A stretch of 64,000 bases of DNA, taken from the NCBI GenBank assembly GCA_963785305.1, contig CAWAUV010000007.1:896001-960000 (forward strand), read 5' to 3'. The translations under genes were made by a program, and so were the position numbers. Of this stretch, positions 52,447-62,590 are shown in pieces (position 1 is the first letter of the stretch; every line of letters starts with the position of its first letter). Source of the stretch: an uncultured Planctomycetaceae bacterium. GTDB lineage: Bacteria > Planctomycetota > Planctomycetia > Pirellulales > PALSA-1355. The notes beneath the pieces are model-generated. The model did no database searches. It had not been told where the DNA came from and saw nothing but the letters and a program-made list of their open reading frames with translations.

Positions 52447-53547
52447 ATGCGCTTGTTTACCTTCGTCGCGGGTTCGTTGTCGACGCTCGTCGCCTTGGCT
52501 GTCGTTTCCGCGGCTGAGTTGGTCTTTCGCACCGATGGCGGCGATGAAAAGGCGCCGTGGTTTCAACTCGTGCCCGGCGAGTTTCCGCCGGCCGGCTCGG
52601 CGCATGCGATCTCGGGCGAATTGATTTCGGTCGATCATGTGAATCGCAAGGGGGTGCTTCGCCGCGACCGCGCCGGCGACCAGCGGACCGACGACTACGA
52701 TCAACCGCTGCCCTTCGAGCTGCTGTCCTATGGGTCGGTGGCTTATCACGGCGCCCCGGCCGAGCTGCGAGATATTCCCATCGGCACGCATCTCCACGGC
52801 CAGTTCTATCTCGAGGATCGCGCGGGCAAGCAGGTGTTTGGAAAAGTGCTGCGGCTCGAAGACGATTTCAGCGATTCGCAAGGCAACCATCGCCAGTGGC
52901 GCGTCGACCACTTCGATCGCGACAAGCGCACTCTCTCGCTGATCGGCCTGGGGCCCGAGGGCCAGCTCGACCCGAAACCAACCCTGTTTCGCATTCAACC
53001 CGCGACGCGCATTTGGCGGGGCCGCGGGCTCGGCTCGTGGGACGATCTGGCCGCCGGGCAGGAGGTGCTCGTGAATCTCACGGTTTGCACCATGAAAGGA
53101 CCCGGACGCTGCCTCGATGTTTGGCTCGACGACGAAAGCCGGGCCACCGCCACGGCGCTGCAAAAAGAAACGCATCGCCTGTTCGTGCGCGAACACGGTC
53201 TCGCGGCCCGAGTCGATGAAGTGGACAATCAGGCCCGCATCGTGACGATGACGATCTTCGCCGGCTTCGATCCGGAACTGAAGAACGACTTTCATGTGAA
53301 AGAGGGCGTGGCGATCGCGGTCGCCGAGGAAACGCTCCGCACTCACGACCAGCACAACGACGCGAGCCGCGGTCCGATCGTGGAACTGCTCGAAGGTCCG
53401 CCGGGTCCGGGCGATAGCGGCTGGCGAATGCGGGTGCGCGTGAACGAGCTTCTGGAGGGGCATCGGCCGAAGCGATTTGTGCGCGTGTTCGCGACCTCGT
53501 GGCCGGTCGAGGAGTTGCCTCGCGAAGAGAGCGCCTACGACGGCTAA
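52447..53547 (+). CDS. Secreted hypothetical protein with three repeated beta-barrel-like units
   Basis: Signal peptide; units ISVDHVNRKG, VDHFDRDKRT, VDEVDNQARI, two with DL/DI..G motifs. Confidence 0.75.
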   Translation: MRLFTFVAGSLSTLVALAVVSAAELVFRTDGGDEKAPWFQLVPGEFPPAGSAHAISGELISVDHVNRKGVLRRDRAGDQRTDDYDQPLPFELLSYGSVAYHGAPAELRDIPIGTHLHGQFYLEDRAGKQVFGKVLRLEDDFSDSQGNHRQWRVDHFDRDKRTLSLIGLGPEGQLDPKPTLFRIQPATRIWRGRGLGSWDDLAAGQEVLVNLTVCTMKGPGRCLDVWLDDESRATATALQKETHRLFVREHGLAARVDEVDNQARIVTMTIFAGFDPELKNDFHVKEGVAIAVAEETLRTHDQHNDASRGPIVELLEGPPGPGDSGWRMRVRVNELLEGHRPKRFVRVFATSWPVEELPREESAYDG

Positions 53548-53826
53548 CGGCGCCGCGGGCCGAAGCGACGCGCGGCTGCCTCCACGTCGAGATTGACGCG
53601 ATGGCGAGACTGGCGCCACGTCGAGACTGGCGCGATGTCGGGCCGGCGGTTTTTGGCGGTCTGCTGTCGGCGGGGCCGCTCGATCTGGCTCCGAGCGGAT
53701 TCGCTGGCGAAGCCGTCACCTTTACAGCCTTCGGCCGATTCGCCAAAATGGACCCTCGGAACGGTCCTCGGCGCGGGGACCGAGTTTTTTTGCGCTCGTC
53801 AGGTTTGTACTAGGAAGCATCGGCAA

Positions 53827-54303
53827 ATGTCGGACCTCATCCCCATGACCCGCGCGGGTTACGAAAAGATCAAAGCCGAAGTCGAGCATATGGAAAATGT
53901 CGATATGCCGGCGATTGCCAAGCGCGTGGCCGAGGCGCGGAGCGAAGGCGATTTGAGCGAAAACGCCGAGTATCACGGCGCCCGCGAAAGCCAGGGCATG
54001 CTCCAGGCCAAGATCAATTTGCTGCGCGACAAGCTGGCGCGAGCCTCGATCATGGACCCCTCGAAGATGCCGAAGGGCGAGGTGGCGTTTGGTTCGATCG
54101 TGGTGGTCAAGGACCTGGACTTCGACGACGAGGAAACATTCGTGCTGGTGGGCGCCGGGGAAGAAGACTACGACGCCGGCAAGATTCTGGTCACGAGCCC
54201 GCTGGCCCAGGGCCTGTTGGGCAAGAAAATCGGCGACACGACGGAAATCCCGGTTCCCAAAGGCAAGATGCGCTTCGAGATCATCGACATTCGGTATGAA
54301 TGA
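53827..54303 (+). CDS. greA: Transcription elongation factor GreA
   Basis: [25 protein letters not shown]. Confidence 0.97.
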   Translation: MSDLIPMTRAGYEKIKAEVEHMENVDMPAIAKRVAEARSEGDLSENAEYHGARESQGMLQAKINLLRDKLARASIMDPSKMPKGEVAFGSIVVVKDLDFDDEETFVLVGAGEEDYDAGKILVTSPLAQGLLGKKIGDTTEIPVPKGKMRFEIIDIRYE

Positions 54304-54501
54304 CGGAGTCGGCGAGAGAAACGCCCTGGAAGCTCCCTGAATCGACTTAAAACGGGGAGCGTGCCGATTTCGTTTTGCTTGCCATGTCGAAGGATGATCG
54401 CCCTGATTGCCAGATCGTCTTCGACCCGCGCGTCCGTGGTGCTTTCTAAAATGCCCGCCGACCCGAGAGTTGTTCGGCCGGCGCCGTCGTCGAATTAGTG
54501 T

Positions 54502-55090
54502 TCATGTCCGGCCAATCAATGCGGGAGGCCTCTGCGGCGCCAACCGCACGAGCGGTCGCAGGTGTTCGAGCAACTCGTTCATCATCACGGGTTTGTATAG
54601 ATAGGCGGTCACTCCCTGGGAGAGTCGCTGCCGGCGCACGCCGGGATTCGTCTGGCCCGTCAGGATGATCACCGGCGTCGGCCGGCGATCCGGCGTCATC
54701 GACTTCCGTGGTCCGGTGTCCGGCGCTCAGGCACTGGCATATTGCCGTGGCCAGATCCGTCCATAGCTTTGGCCCCTTGGTCACATGCCGCGCGCCCGCC
54801 AACTGGTAGCGGCGGATGGTGGCCTCGTCCGGCTGGCGGCTCAGGACGATAATGGGAATGCGCATCCATTTGCGATCGATTCCGAATTGCTCGAAGATCG
54901 ACGATTCGCTTCCAAGCGGCATATCCAGGTCGAGAATCATCAAGGCGGGCTTGGCCAGATAGGCTCCCTTCAGCGCGTGCAGCGCGTCGGGGGACTGCCA
55001 GACGTTGAAACCGAGCAGGCGACATTGCGTCGTCAAAAAGCGCGCCAAGTCGGCGTCGTATTCGGCTATCAAGATCGTGCGTTTCAGCAT
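54502..55090 (-). pseudogene. Degenerate dual-receiver regulator; second REC internally deleted and out of frame
   Basis: REC1 with IAEYD in place of the acidic pair; another frame carries only PVIILTG...YLYKPVMMNELL (C-terminal half of a REC). Confidence 0.65.
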
Positions 55091-55382
55091 GCTGTTTCTT
55101 CCTGGCGCTCGGAACGGCGCCGAACGACGGGCCTGCTCTTCCCTGCATCCCGTCGCCGGCGACCATCGGCACATGAAACCTACCACGAGGTTTCGCGGCG
55201 GCCCTATGAGGAACTGCCTACCTGTCCTGGCTTCCGGATCGGTGTCTAGATGAATCGCTGGTCCCTCGCATGGAGCATTTGCTCATTGGCATTCCAACGA
55301 TCGCGACCCATGCTTGCCTTGGAGCGAGAAACGCGTGAACGCCAATCGTACAACCGTCGCGCGGCGCCTTCGGGGAGGAAAT

Positions 55383-57031
55383 ATGCGAACCGAGCAAATC
55401 AATGTCCTGTTGGTCGAAGACAACGTCGCCGACGCCGTCTTGGTGCGGCTGGCGCTGGAGAAATCTAGCAGCCGGTTTAATGTGACGACGGCCGATCGCT
55501 TGTCCGACGCGCTGGTCCAGTTAGAGACTCGCGGTTTTGACGTGGCGCTCGTCGATTTGTCGCTGCCCGACAGCCATGGACTCGGCGCCGTGCATTGCAT
55601 CCGGCGCGGCAGTCCCAAAATGCCCATTATCTTACTGACGGGAAACGATAGCGACGAAATGGCGATCGACGCGCTGGACAACGGCGTTCAGGATTATCTG
55701 TTGAAGGACGGGCTTTTTGAAAAGGCGCCCACCGACCTCCTCGTCCGCGCCATCCGCTACGCGATTCATCGGCAAAAATCGTCCGAGACCCAAAACCTGC
55801 TGGAACGCCTCGAAACCAGCCACAAACTGCTCAAGAGCAAAAATCGACGTCTCGCCAAACTTTGCAAGACCGCCGAGCGCTTCGTGGAAAACGTCTCGCA
55901 TGAGTTCCGCTCGCCATTGACGGTCATCAAGGAGTACACATCCTTGATGCTCGCTGAATTGCTTGGGCCGATCAACACCGAGCAGGCGCAATACTTGAAC
56001 GTCATCGAAAACCGCAGCGATGACCTCAATCGCATGGTCGACGACATCCTCGATGGCAGCCGTCTCGACGCCGGTTTGCTTGTCATGTCGCGCGTTCAAT
56101 GCCGGATCGCCGACATTATCGATGGGTTGCGACCGACGCTGGAAAGCAAGGCCAAGTCGCGCGGCAAGAAACTTCGCTTCGACATCGGGCAAGATTTACC
56201 CGCCGTTTACTGCGACCCCGAGAAAGTCGGCCGAGTGGTCGTGAACTTGGTGATCAACGCCATCAAGTTTTGTGGCGAACCCGGCAGCGTCGTGGTCAGC
56301 GTGTGCGCCGATCGGCCGGCCGCGAACGTCGTCGTCAGCATTCGCGACAATGGACGCGGTATCGAACCAGAGCATCTTCGGACTATTTTCGGACGGTTCA
56401 AGCAGGTCGGCAATCAGTCGCGTCACGGAACCGACGGTTTCGGATTGGGCCTGAGCATCGCGAAGGAGCTCGTCGACCTTAGCTTTGGTCAATTGACGGT
56501 CGAGAGCAATTTGGATAACGGAAGCACCTTTGCCTTCACGCTGCCCGTGGCCGATCCTCGCGAGGTCATCGTCCGGAGCCTCGACCGCATGGCCGAGCAC
56601 AATAAGGGCGAGACCTCGGTTTCCCTGCTCAGCGCGGCCGCTTTGGTCGAAGGCGAACCGCACGCGGGAAACGACATCCAATTCCTGTTGAACGACGTGC
56701 TGCGCGCGCACGATCTCTTGTTTCGCGTCGACGCCGACCATTGGCTGGTCGTGATTGCCGCGGACGGCGCCGGAGTCGAAGCGTTCCGCGCTCGATTGGC
56801 CAAAATGTTGGACGCCGTGAACCGGAACCGGCCGCGCGGCCCTTTGCCGGCGGTCAAGCTCGTGAACCAGGGCCATTGGCAATTGCCCGGCGCGAGATCA
56901 ATTGCTCGCCGACTTTTCCCGCCTCAACGGATCGGCGGCCCATGTCCAGGCATAGCGATCGCCGATCCCGGCTCCAGCTCGTTTCAAAGTCTCGCAACAC
57001 GGTCAGTCACGCGAAGGAGGTCGCTTCATGA
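55383..57031 (+). CDS. Hybrid kinase REC-HisKA-HATPase with degenerate GGDEF-like tail (C-terminal frameshift near 56890)
   Basis: LVEDN/DLSLPD receiver; VSHEFRSPL; NLVINAIKF, DNGRG, GFGLGL; LRAHDLLFRVDADHW tail. Confidence 0.88.
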
Positions 57032-57444
57032 ACTACGGTCGAAAGGTGCTGATCGTCGACGACGACGAAGAAATCGTGCGCGGAACAACCGTTCGCCTGT
57101 GCGCCGCCGGTTACGAGACGAGCGCCGCGTTCAACGGAGCCGACGCGTTGCGCGGACTTGATCGAACTCGGCCCGACGCGATTTTGCTCGACGTCCGCAT
57201 GCCGGGGCTCGACGGACTGGACGTGCTCGATGTCTTGCAAAAGCGCGGCGACACGCGGCGCGTGCCTGTCGTCATGCTCTCCGCAAGTTTGTCCGATCAA
57301 CGCAAGGCGCTCAACGCGGGCGCCCGCTTTTTTCTCGCCAAGCCGTACCGAGGCGACGATTTGCTGCAGGTCGTGGAAAAGGTAATGGCAGTCGCCGGGC
57401 GCCTCGAGTCTTCGGATCTGCAGCCAGCCCTCATGATGAACTAA
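57028..57444 (+). CDS. Single-domain response regulator
   Basis: IVDDD, LLDVRMP, LSA, LAKP. Confidence 0.92.
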   Translation: MNYGRKVLIVDDDEEIVRGTTVRLCAAGYETSAAFNGADALRGLDRTRPDAILLDVRMPGLDGLDVLDVLQKRGDTRRVPVVMLSASLSDQRKALNAGARFFLAKPYRGDDLLQVVEKVMAVAGRLESSDLQPALMMN

Positions 57445-57462
57445 CATCCCCGCAACCGTGGG

Positions 57463-57585
57463 AGGAATATCGTGGCTGGCTACAGCCTCGGAGCGAAAAG
57501 TTACGTCCGCGGCCCGGTCGAGTTCGCCGCTTTCGTCGAGGCAATACGGCAACTGGATTATCCGTTGGGTCCTGAACAAACAAGC
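57463..57585 (+). pseudogene. C-terminal remnant of an Rcp1-like receiver
   Basis: IVAGYSLGAKSYVRGPVEFAAFVEAIRQL, then WVLNK in a shifted frame; N-terminal part absent. Confidence 0.6.
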
Positions 57586-57666
57586 GACCATGTTCCATCG
57601 GGCTGCGCAAGCAATAAGAAAACGTCGCTGAGCTACAAGCTTCCTAATTATCCCAGAAGGGCAACC

Positions 57667-58062
57667 ATGACGAGAGCGCACACAGTATTGATTGCGGACG
57701 ATGACCTCGACCTGCTCGAAGTATTGTCGACCCGCTGTCGCGGCCTCGGACTCCACGTCCGCACGGCCGATAACTCGCTCGATCTGTTGAACACCATGCA
57801 CGATGACCCTCCCGGCCTAGCCTGCGTCGACGTGCAAATGCCGTGCGGCACCGGGTTGAGCGCCTGCGAAATTTTGGCCGCGGACCCCGAATTCTCGAGC
57901 ATTCCGGTCATCGTCATGTCGGGCGGCTGCAATTCGGACACAATTCGCCGCTGTTGGCGGTTGAACGCTCATTATGTATTGAAGAGCGCCGATACCTGGG
58001 CGAAGCTGGAGCCGCTCATTCGTAAAATGCTGAATTTGCCCGCCAAAGGGGCCGTCGTTTGA
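57667..58062 (+). CDS. Single-domain response regulator (atypical KS instead of KP)
   Basis: IADDD, VDVQMP, VMSG, YVLKSADTW. Confidence 0.88.
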   Translation: MTRAHTVLIADDDLDLLEVLSTRCRGLGLHVRTADNSLDLLNTMHDDPPGLACVDVQMPCGTGLSACEILAADPEFSSIPVIVMSGGCNSDTIRRCWRLNAHYVLKSADTWAKLEPLIRKMLNLPAKGAVV

Positions 58063-58211
58063 CGTCGGCGGCGGAGTTGATCGCGCCCCCGCTCGATCCG
58101 CTTTCGAAATAACGAGGAGTTCCCGCTCTCGTTTGGTCCTAGTTACGTCGCGCCCGTGATTTTCTTGCGTCAACGCGTCAACTTCTTGTCCGCAACGAAG
58201 GGAGCGTCTCC

Positions 58212-58637
58212 ATGACCAGTTCGAATCGGTTTCGGCCAGGGCCGACCTTATTATGCATCGACGATGATCCTGGCATCGCGGCTTCGCTGTCGCTGCGATT
58301 GCGACCGTTCGACGTGCGGGTGACGACGGCTTATTTCGGCGAGCAGGGAATCTGGGAGGCCGTGACCGATCGACCGGATGTGATCATCACCGACCTGCGG
58401 ATGCCGCGGGGACAAGGTCACGATGTCGTCGAATGCCTGAAGGGCCGGGCCGATACCCATAAAGTGCCCGTGATCGTGTTGACTGGATGTCGCGATAGGG
58501 AAATCGCCAAACGCATGCTGGCCCTCGGCGTTGAGCACTATCTGCACAAACCCATCCGCTTCGACGTATTGTTGGACGTGCTCAGGTCGCACATCCCCCT
58601 GGAGCCTCGTTCCCAGCGCGTCGACGACGCTTCGTGA
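58212..58637 (+). CDS. Single-domain response regulator
   Basis: CIDDD, TDLRMP, VLTG, YLHKP. Confidence 0.92.
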   Translation: MTSSNRFRPGPTLLCIDDDPGIAASLSLRLRPFDVRVTTAYFGEQGIWEAVTDRPDVIITDLRMPRGQGHDVVECLKGRADTHKVPVIVLTGCRDREIAKRMLALGVEHYLHKPIRFDVLLDVLRSHIPLEPRSQRVDDAS

Positions 58638-58678
58638 AGCATCGCGCGCGCGCGGGGTCCGGGCGGCTTGCAAGCCGT

Positions 58679-59377
58679 TCATGCGAATTCGCGATGGAGC
58701 AGCAATTGGACTAGCTCGATCGGACTCTCGACGCGCATTTTCTCGAGCACCTTGGCCCGATGCTTGTCGACCGTCTTGGGGCTGATATCCAACCGCGAAG
58801 CGATTCCCTTGGTGCTCTGTCCTTGGGCAATCAGTTCCATTACCTCGCGCTCGCGCGCCGTGAGTCGGGCTTGGCGTTCGTTTAACTCCTGGAGATACGA
58901 GCGCGCCCGCCGGTTTTCTCGATTGCGGGCAATCGCTTCGCGAATACGAGCAACAAGAACCGTGGCTTCGAATGGTTTTGCGATGACGTCAATGGCCCCG
59001 GTGCGCATTGCTTGGACGACGGTCGGAACATCGCCGTGGCCAGTCAGAAAGATAATTACCGGCTCGGCGTTCTGGGATGCCAGCCGTTGCTGAAGTGCAA
59101 TCCCATTCATGCCGGGCATGCAAATATCAAGCAGCAAGCATCCCGGCCGCTCGGGGTCGTAGACGTCCAAGAACGCTTGCGAGCTAGAAAAGGCTTCGAC
59201 CATGATGCCGGCCGACTCGATGAGCAAGCAAATTATTTTGCGAATATTGGCGTCGTCATCCACAACGAATACGGTGGGTCGCGCCTCTGGCAAGGCGTTG
59301 AGAATCGGCGCCGGTTCGCATGCAATCGACCCCGGCCCCAGCCAATGGTCGGAAGCATCCTGAGCATAGTGCGTCAT
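58679..59377 (-). CDS. FixJ/LuxR-family response regulator
   Basis: VFVVDDD, GCLLLDICMPG, TGHGDVP, LTAREREV, ISPKTVDKHRAKVLEKM. Confidence 0.93.
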   Translation of the reverse strand: MTHYAQDASDHWLGPGSIACEPAPILNALPEARPTVFVVDDDANIRKIICLLIESAGIMVEAFSSSQAFLDVYDPERPGCLLLDICMPGMNGIALQQRLASQNAEPVIIFLTGHGDVPTVVQAMRTGAIDVIAKPFEATVLVARIREAIARNRENRRARSYLQELNERQARLTAREREVMELIAQGQSTKGIASRLDISPKTVDKHRAKVLEKMRVESPIELVQLLLHREFA

Positions 59378-59890
59378 TTTGAGATGTTCCTCCAATCCAT
59401 GGCTCCGAAACTCCCTCGGAACCATCGAAATCCGCGCCTGATCGCAATCGAGTCGCCGATCACGGGGCTCTTCCGCGGGCAGCAGGTCTTGTCGAACACT
59501 TTTTTCGCGTCAGCCGCTGGGCGCCAGTTTTGGGTAATCCCGGACGCCAGGATCGAGAGTAAGCCCAACGTGCGCGGATCTCTCATCGATTTGCCCCTAG
59601 CAAAGCGGATTCGATCTCCCCACATGAAGGAGATCGACCTTATTGCCACTTTGCATGCAATCGAAAAAAGTGCGGAAATAGAGCATCTCGCAATATGCCA
59701 ACGCCGCGATTCCAGTTCGCGGCGAGTCCGCTGCGCTCGCCCAACCAGCCGCTTGGCCGACGCTTGTGGTCGATTCTCACGGTCGAGGAAAGACAAATCA
59801 CCCGATTTGAAATAGGTTCCCCGACGGCGGGAAGTGCGGTGGAACTCGGTAGCCGGTCGTGATCGCCAACCGGCGAAAGCGGTCCGCCGC

Positions 59891-61250
59891 TTAAATCTGG
59901 TTCGTCGAGCGAATGTCCACGCTCAAGCGGTGCGCCGTGAGGCCCTCTTTTTCGGCCAACGTGGCGACCAGCGGTTTCACGCGCTCGAGGCCCGCCGGGC
60001 TGAGCGAGATCACGCTGTTGCCGCGAACGAAGTCGGCCGACGAAAGGCCGCTCGCGAAGCGAGCCGTGCCGCCCGTTGGCAGCACATGCGATGGGCCGGC
60101 CGCGTAGTCGCCCACCGCGACCGGGCTCCAGTGGCCCACGAAAATCGCTCCGGCTCGTGGAATGCGTTCGACCCAAGTTTCGGCGTCGGCGGTGGCGATA
60201 TGCAAGTGCTCGGGCGCGATGCTATCGGCCAGCGCCGCGGCTTCCTCCGGCCGCTCCACCAGGATCAAAGCGCCAAACGCTTCGAGGCTCTGCCGGGCCA
60301 AGTCGCCGCGCTCGAGCCGCGCCAGTTGCTTCGTCAGCTCAACCATCGTCCGATCGAGCACCTCCGCTTCCCAGGCGATCAGCACACTGGCGCCCGGCGC
60401 GTGTTCGGCCTGGGCGATCAGGTCGGCCGCGGTGCATTCGGGGCGGGCCGAACTATCGGCAATCACCACCACTTCGCTCGGGCCGGCGATCGAGTCGATG
60501 TCCACTTCGCCATAGACCCGGCGCTTGGCGAGGGCGACAAACATGTTGCCCGGCCCCACGATCTTATCGACCTTGGGCACGCCCTCGACGCCATAGGCCA
60601 GCGCCGCCACCGCTTGCGCCGCCCATGCGATAAACTTCCGTCACGCCGAGCTCGTGGCATGTGGCCAACAGATCGCGGTTGTATGCGCCAAAGGCCGTCG
60701 GCGGCGCGACGATCGCAAGCTGCTTGACACCCGCCGCCTGAGCCGGCACGACCGTCATCAGCACCGTCGAGGGATAAGCCGCCGCTCCGCCGGGCACGCA
60801 AATCCCCACGCGCTCGAGCGGCAAATATCGCTGCCGCAGCGAGCTGCCGTCGGCATGGTCGACTCGCACATCGCGAGGCACGAGCGCGGTCTGAAATTCG
60901 AGAATGTTGGCCCGAATCCGCCGCACGCAGTCGAGAAACGGCTTCTCCGCCTCGGCATGAGCGGCGGCAAGCTCCTCGCGGCTCACGCGCAGCTCGGCGG
61001 AACTGAGTTCGGCCCGATCGAGCTTGCGGCTGTAGTCGAGCACGGCGGCAAGGCCATCGCGGCGAACATCGTCGCAAATGCGGGCCACGACCTCTTCGGC
61101 CGAAAGCGGCTCGCCAAACACTTCGATCGTTCGCCGCCGGCCGGCCTCGCTCACGATATTGCCGCGCGGGCTCAGCCGCTCGCGGAGCCGATCAAGCACC
61201 GCGCGGACATCGGCGTCGCGGCTATCAATGCGTTCGATGTTGAGTTGCAT
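59891..61250 (-). CDS. hisD: Histidinol dehydrogenase (frameshift near 60617)
   Basis: GICVPGGAAAYPSTVLM, GGAQAVAALAYG, GPGN, AGPSE, QAEH, APEHL, GPSHVLPT. Confidence 0.96.
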
Positions 61251-61466
61251 GCATTTCCTAAAACAAACGCGGGGCCGACGGCCGAGCGACTTGACGATCG
61301 CGCGCGGTCGGTGCTAGGTTTGTCTTTGTGTTCAGTGTAAATCGCAGGGGGCCTGGACGCGAGCGACGGGCAAGCCGAGACTTTATTTTGCTTGCCGAGC
61401 TCGCCGCGGGAAAGCCCTCTTGCCTTCCGCGCCGCTTGGCTGAGAGCGACAAGGAGTCTGTCGATC

Positions 61467-62527
61467 ATGCTTCCGCCGACCAGCGACCCAATCTTCGATC
61501 TTCGCAGCGACACGGTCACGCGCCCCACGCCCGCAATGCGGCGCGCCATGGCCGAAGCCGAAGTCGGCGACGATGTGTTTGGCGAAGACCCCACGGTCGC
61601 CCGGCTCGAGCGGCGCGTGGCCGAAATGCTCGGCAAGGAGGCGGCCCTGTTCATGCCGTCGGGCACCATGTCGAATCAGATCGGGCTCCGCTTGCACTGC
61701 GGCTTGGGCGATGGCTTTATCTGCGAGGCCAATTGCCATATCTATGTCTACGAGCAGGGCGCCTATGCCCAGCTCAGCGGCATCGCGGCCCAGCCGGTGC
61801 GTGGCCACGAAGGATTGCTCACGGTCGAGGATCTCGAAGGCGTGATGCTCGGCGGCAACGATCACTTGGTCACGATGCGCGTGCTCTCGCTCGAGAATAC
61901 GCATAATCGCGGCGCGGGTCGCATTCTGCCGCTCGATGAGACGCGGAAGCTGGCCGATTGGGCCCGCGAACGCAACTTGGCGATGCACCTCGACGGCGCG
62001 AGGCTCTTCAATGCCGTGGTCGCCAACGGCACGCCCGCTCGCCAGTGGGCGGCGGTGTTCGATACCGTGAGCGTGTGCTTTAGCAAGGGACTGGGGGCGC
62101 CGGTCGGCTCGGCGCTGGCCGGCTCGGTCGAGCACATTCGCCGAGCGCGTCGGCATCGCAAGGCGTTTGGCGGCGCGCTGCGGCAAAGCGGCGTGCTGGC
62201 CGCGGCGGCGATTCACGCGCTCGATCATCATATCGATCGCATGGCCGAAGATCACGCCCATGCGCGAAAACTAGCCGCGGCGCTCGCGCTTGCCCGGGCA
62301 TCACATTGACCCCCGCCACGATCGATACGAACATGGTGATCTTCGAAGTGAGCGCGTCCCAGGGTCCGGCGGCGGCTTTTTGCGAGCGACTCAAGCAGGC
62401 CGGCGTGCTCATGTTGCCCTTCTCCACGAAACGCGTGCGGGCCGTGACCCATCTCGACCTCGACACGCGGGCGATTGATCGCGTGTGCGAAATCGTCGGT
62501 CGCGTGGCCGACGGGGCGAACCGATAG
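61467..62527 (+). CDS. ltaE: Low-specificity L-threonine aldolase (frameshift near 62290)
   Basis: DLRSDTVT, GDDVFGEDPT, PSGTMSN, LENTHN, HLDGARLFNA, CFSKGLGAPVG. Confidence 0.93.
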
Positions 62528-62590
62528 CAGGCGCCGGCGGGGCTTTCGGCGTTCTTCATTTCCGCGTCGACTCTTTGCTTTGCTTCGAGC

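Noticed and set aside
6341..62527. Mass pseudogenisation or programmed frameshifting in about 20 genes
   Set aside because: Affects core genes (hisD, ribD, pyrF, cysT), with no in-frame stops or slippery heptamers and a recurring GCGC context; sequencing indels are the simpler explanation
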